From an uncultured Pseudobdellovibrionaceae bacterium (GTDB lineage: Bacteria > Bdellovibrionota > Bdellovibrionia > Bdellovibrionales > UBA1609), in NCBI GenBank assembly GCA_963803705.1, contig CAWDNU010000004.1, forward strand, positions 160,001-224,000: DNA of 64,000 nt. Direction: 5' to 3'. The translations under genes and the position numbers were made by a program. Positions 59,935-64,000 of this stretch are shown one piece after another; within the stretch, counting starts at the first letter, position 1; the number at the start of each line of letters is the position of its first letter. The notes beneath the pieces are model-generated. The model had not been told where the DNA came from, did no database searches, and saw only the letters and a list, made by a program, of their open reading frames with translations.

Positions 59935-62355
59935 ATGATTCATAAAATTTTCGCTCGACTAGAGTGTCAGTTGATTTATTTTAAAAAATTTTTCAAATTT
60001 ACTTCAGCCCTAGGGTTAATAGTTGGTCTGTGCCTATCTTTTTTCTTCTCGGCAAATTCATTTGCGCAGCAGTATAATCCTGAAAAGTTTAAGCCTGAAA
60101 CTGATGAAAAACCAATCCCAGTGTCACCTAGCGGCATCCCTTTTAGCCAGGCAAACCCTGAAGATATTAACGACAAAAATTATCCTGATAAAATTGAAAA
60201 TTTTGATTATCCCGATGTAGACATTAGAGATCTTGTAGATGTGATGAGCGAACTGACGGGAAAAAACTTTATCGTCGATCCCAGCGTTAAAAGTAAGCGC
60301 ATAACAATCATTGCACGAAGCGCAATTACCATTGCACAAGCCTATAAAGCTTTTTTGTCAGCTCTTGCAGTCAATCAAATTACAGTGGTTAAAAGTGGTG
60401 CTTTTCTAAAGGTTATTAATTCGAAAGACGCTTTAAAAGATAGTATCGAAATTTATTCTGGGGCTTACTATCCTACCTCGGATCAATTGATCACAAAAAT
60501 TATAAAACTAAAATATATCTCGGCCGTCGAACTGGAAAAAAGTCTTAGGTCTTTATATTCAAGAGACGGAGACCTTAAAGCCTACGAGCCTACAAACTCG
60601 CTGATTATATCTGATTATGGCTCTAACGTGGATCGGATAGTTAAAATTGCGGGGCAGCTGGATGTACCTGGTTTTGAAGAAAAGATGCGAGTCATACCTA
60701 TTTTGTACGCAGCGGCTAAAGATATCGCAGATCTGATCAATGACGTAATCAATAAAGGTGAAAACAGTCAGAACAGCAGATTTGGATCTGTCCCCCGCTT
60801 CAGAAGAAACGATAAGGCAGACGGCGCATCTTCAAATGAAAGCTTGTCATTTGTCACAGCTGACACAAGGACAAACTCTTTAATTGTGCTCGGTAATGAA
60901 ACCGGCATTGAAAAAGCCAGAGGCTTGGTCAAACAGTTAGATTTTAAAGTTAGCGCAGACGCCCAAGGTGGGGTCTATGTTTACTATGTTAAGCATGCCG
61001 ATGCTGAAGAGGTGCAAAAAACTCTTTCAGGTTTGGCTGATGAATCTAAAAAAGCAAATCAAGACACATCTAAAACTGGAGCAAGCGGTGCTAATGCAGC
61101 AACCCTACCTGAAACGGCCAAGGCTAAATCAGTGGGCGCAGCTTTTGGTGATGATGTTATTATTAAATCTGACAAAAATACTAATAGTTTAATTATCACA
61201 GCTAGTAAGCTTGATTATGAAAAGGTAATAAATATCTTAGAAAAAATTGACATTCCAAGGGACCAAGTTTTTGTCGAAACCACAATTATGGAAATCGATA
61301 TCAAAAAAGCTCGTGAAGTGGGTTTAAGTTTGTTTAACTTAGTTCCGGGCCCCGTTACTCCAAATGGCACAAGGGATATCATCGCAAGGCAAGGATTTAT
61401 CGGATCTGCAGGGGCACTGGCCACTGTTTTTAACCCTGCCGACAACCCAGACGGCGGTGGAATTTTTACTTTTGGTGCTGGTGATAAATTTAGAACGACC
61501 TTGCCTGCAGCGGGCGGGGCATTAGGCGGCCAGACCACAATCACTTCACTTATCGGTCTTTTAAAATTGATTGAAACCAACAGCATAGGACATATATTAT
61601 CAACACCCAAAATTACAGCTATGGATAACGAGAAGTCCATAATTGAAGTTGGTGATGAAATTTCGATACAAAGTGGTTCCACCGTTTCTGCTGCTGGAGC
61701 CCAAGCGACTTTTGTAAATAAAAAGGTCACAATCAAACTAGAGATCACACCATCAATAAGTCCAGGGACCGAAAAAGTCCGTTTAAAATTACTGCAAACC
61801 GTTGATCAACTTGGTGCTGCTGTTATTAATAATAACCCGGTCATAAGCACTAAAAACATTGATACCAATATTGTTGTAAATAGCGGCGACACAGCGGTTT
61901 TAGGTGGATTGATCAATGATAGAGAAACTGTAACAACTAGAAAGGTTCCACTGTTGGGGGATATTCCAATTTTAGGATGGTTATTCAGATCCAGAGCTGT
62001 GGAGAAGGAAAAAAGAAATCTAGTCGTTTTCCTAACTCCTAGAATTATTAGAAACTCCGAGACCATGACAAGAATCACTCAAAGTGAAATCGATAAACGC
62101 TTAATGTTTATAAAAAAAGAGGCACAAGGTATTGACCCTTACGGAGCTAAAATTGATGAGATTTCAAAAATTCCGGATCCAATTAATTCTAATGACAACT
62201 GGGATGGTGATATCCAAAGATCAGAGTCTGATTTTAAAACACCTGCAGATTCTGATGGTGAATTTGGCGGGGAATTTGGTGGCGAATCTGACGACGAATT
62301 CAGCGAAGACTTAGAAGACTTCCTGTCTGAATCGCCTGGTGGGGACAGTTTGTAA
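59935..62355 (+). CDS. gspD: Type II secretin D; start probably 59935
   Basis: AGGAGG RBS before 59935; N0 domain (FDYPDVDI...ELTGKNFIVD), N1-N3 domains (TNSLII), DQVFVE, LSTPKI, KVPLLGDIPILGWLFR; acidic tail. Confidence 0.92.
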   Translation: MIHKIFARLECQLIYFKKFFKFTSALGLIVGLCLSFFFSANSFAQQYNPEKFKPETDEKPIPVSPSGIPFSQANPEDINDKNYPDKIENFDYPDVDIRDLVDVMSELTGKNFIVDPSVKSKRITIIARSAITIAQAYKAFLSALAVNQITVVKSGAFLKVINSKDALKDSIEIYSGAYYPTSDQLITKIIKLKYISAVELEKSLRSLYSRDGDLKAYEPTNSLIISDYGSNVDRIVKIAGQLDVPGFEEKMRVIPILYAAAKDIADLINDVINKGENSQNSRFGSVPRFRRNDKADGASSNESLSFVTADTRTNSLIVLGNETGIEKARGLVKQLDFKVSADAQGGVYVYYVKHADAEEVQKTLSGLADESKKANQDTSKTGASGANAATLPETAKAKSVGAAFGDDVIIKSDKNTNSLIITASKLDYEKVINILEKIDIPRDQVFVETTIMEIDIKKAREVGLSLFNLVPGPVTPNGTRDIIARQGFIGSAGALATVFNPADNPDGGGIFTFGAGDKFRTTLPAAGGALGGQTTITSLIGLLKLIETNSIGHILSTPKITAMDNEKSIIEVGDEISIQSGSTVSAAGAQATFVNKKVTIKLEITPSISPGTEKVRLKLLQTVDQLGAAVINNNPVISTKNIDTNIVVNSGDTAVLGGLINDRETVTTRKVPLLGDIPILGWLFRSRAVEKEKRNLVVFLTPRIIRNSETMTRITQSEIDKRLMFIKKEAQGIDPYGAKIDEISKIPDPINSNDNWDGDIQRSESDFKTPADSDGEFGGEFGGESDDEFSEDLEDFLSESPGGDSL

Positions 62356-62689
62356 AAAAAAATAGCACTGGAAGGTAGCAATAATGTTTCATCATTAAAG
62401 ACAAGTGACGATAAAGTCATTAACTTCTTGGATGATGCAAGTCTGGTCGTCATTAATAATAAATTTGAAAAGATTCTTACTAATGATGCGAAAAATGATT
62501 TTACTTGTGCGTACGATTTAAAATTTGGAAACAGTCATGCCCTTTGTCCTAATTAAAGACATCAAATTTTTTTCTTACGACAGCTCTTGTAATCTATTAG
62601 AGGGTTATGATAATGAGTAAAAGAACTAGGTTCACTGTAGGTTTTATTAGCTAAATTAACTATTTTCTGCCCCGCAGGTTTTACTTAAT

Positions 62690-64000
62690 GGGTCTGTAAA
62701 TTATTTTGTGTATGAGTGACATCACCACTTCTTGTTTGAAACAATCTAACAAGGGGAAACATTTATGCCCAAAGACCAAGACAGCAAATTTCTATTTGAT
62801 CCAGAGGAAGTAAATATAGCTTTAAAACAAGCCAAGACAATGGATGACCTCTTTTCAGAAGGTGGTGCGCTTCAGCTCATGCTTAAAAACACAATGGAGA
62901 CTATGCTTAAGGCAGAACTTCAAGATCATTTGGGTTATGCCTCTGGTGATATAAATTCCAAATTGACCTCAAACTCTAGAAACGGCAGCTACAAAAAGTC
63001 AGTCAAAACCACCCATGGAAAAGTTGATCTTAATATCCCGAGAGATCGTGACGGAACTTTTGAGCCCAAAGCCGTACCAAAATACGAAGGGGTTAATTCA
63101 AAACTAGAAGAGCAAATTATATCAATGTACGCCAAAGGGATGACGACCAGAGATATTGAACGTCATGTAAAAGAGGTTTATTTTGGTTTAGAAATATCAC
63201 CAACTGCAATATCAAGCATAACTGAAAAGATCCTAGATCATGCTAGAGAATGGCAAGCAAGGCCCTTAGAGGCCATTTATCCCATCGTATTTTTTGATGC
63301 TATCCATTTTAAAGTCAGAGTTGAGGGTAAAATTAAAAGCAAAGCTGCTTATACTTGTCTAGCCATAGATCACAACGGTATGAAAGAAGTATTGGGCATC
63401 TACATTGGTGAAAACGAGTCCTCTACCTTTTGGCTCTCGGTTTTAACAGACCTTCAAAATCGAGGGGTCAGTGATATTCTAATTGCCTGTGTGGATGGGC
63501 TTAGAGGTTTTCCTGATGCTATAAAGAGCATCTATCCTAAAACTGAAGTGCAGACCTGCATTGTCCACCAGATTAGAAATTCACTTAGGTATGTTGGCTC
63601 AAAACACCAAAAAGAATTTTTAAAAGATTTAAAACTTGTTTACCAAGCTAACATTGAAGAGATAGCCATAAAAAGCCTTGAGGATTTGCAAACCAAATGG
63701 GGTGAAAAGTATCCTGTAGTTATAAACTCTTGGACATCTAACTGGCCAACACTTTCAAGCTATTTTAAATACTCGCATCCCATTAGAAAGATCATATACA
63801 CAACGAACATTGTCGAAAATGTTCATCGGCAAATGCGAAAAGTTACAAAAAACAGAGCCTTGTTTCCAACAGACGACGCCCTATTCAAAATCCTATATTT
63901 AGCTGTTAAAGACACCTCACGAAGGTGGAAAACCCCTAAATGGAACTGGGGTCAGGTGATAGCTCAGCTTTCAATTCATTTTGAAGACCGAATTAAGCTA
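62690..64000 (+). mobile_element. IS256-family insertion sequence; right end lies outside the window
   Basis: Candidate left IR GGGTCTGTAAATTATTTTGTGTA at 62690, followed by the transposase ORF. Confidence 0.85.
62765..64000 (+). CDS. IS256-family transposase; stop codon just beyond the window
   Basis: Not in the ORF track. Manual translation gives AELQDHLGY, RNGSYKK, IPRDRDGTFEP, MYAKGMTTRDI, WQARPLE, FFDAIHFKVR, DLQNRG, CVDGLRGF, QTCIVHQIRNS, IYTTNIVE. Confidence 0.95.
   Translation, partial: MPKDQDSKFLFDPEEVNIALKQAKTMDDLFSEGGALQLMLKNTMETMLKAELQDHLGYASGDINSKLTSNSRNGSYKKSVKTTHGKVDLNIPRDRDGTFEPKAVPKYEGVNSKLEEQIISMYAKGMTTRDIERHVKEVYFGLEISPTAISSITEKILDHAREWQARPLEAIYPIVFFDAIHFKVRVEGKIKSKAAYTCLAIDHNGMKEVLGIYIGENESSTFWLSVLTDLQNRGVSDILIACVDGLRGFPDAIKSIYPKTEVQTCIVHQIRNSLRYVGSKHQKEFLKDLKLVYQANIEEIAIKSLEDLQTKWGEKYPVVINSWTSNWPTLSSYFKYSHPIRKIIYTTNIVENVHRQMRKVTKNRALFPTDDALFKILYLAVKDTSRRWKTPKWNWGQVIAQLSIHFEDRIKL

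Overview
AT-rich bacterial chromosomal segment. The gene content (TIGR04552-type protein, mevalonate operon right after rplT, alternative complex III, system-II cytochrome c biogenesis, gspC-gspD, GGAACCTGGCACC intergenic repeats) suggests a Bdellovibrionota-like organism; this is inference. Most of it is housekeeping: icmF-crt-hbd acyl-CoA genes, feoAB, an expanded thrS-infC-rpmI-rplT...pheS-pheT-ihfA cluster, a five-gene mevalonate operon, tRNA-Ala(GGC), actABCDEF, resB/ccsA and gspC/gspD, ending in an IS256 element at the right edge. I see no CRISPR array, prophage, defence island or clearly new multi-gene system. The most interesting signals are non-coding: a (TAAA)13 microsatellite just upstream of a gene, a 125-bp MITE with a 4-bp target duplication in front of kefC, a structured thrS leader containing a candidate leaderless Thr-codon uORF, a C-rich-loop hairpin complementary to its own gene's G-rich RBS, a 29-bp-arm REP-like palindrome, a 36-bp hairpin tandem repeat and four sigma54-type promoters in front of exported proteins. 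The essential genes pheS and pheT carry many indels, so part of this assembly probably has sequencing errors, and other single-base frameshifts should be treated with caution.
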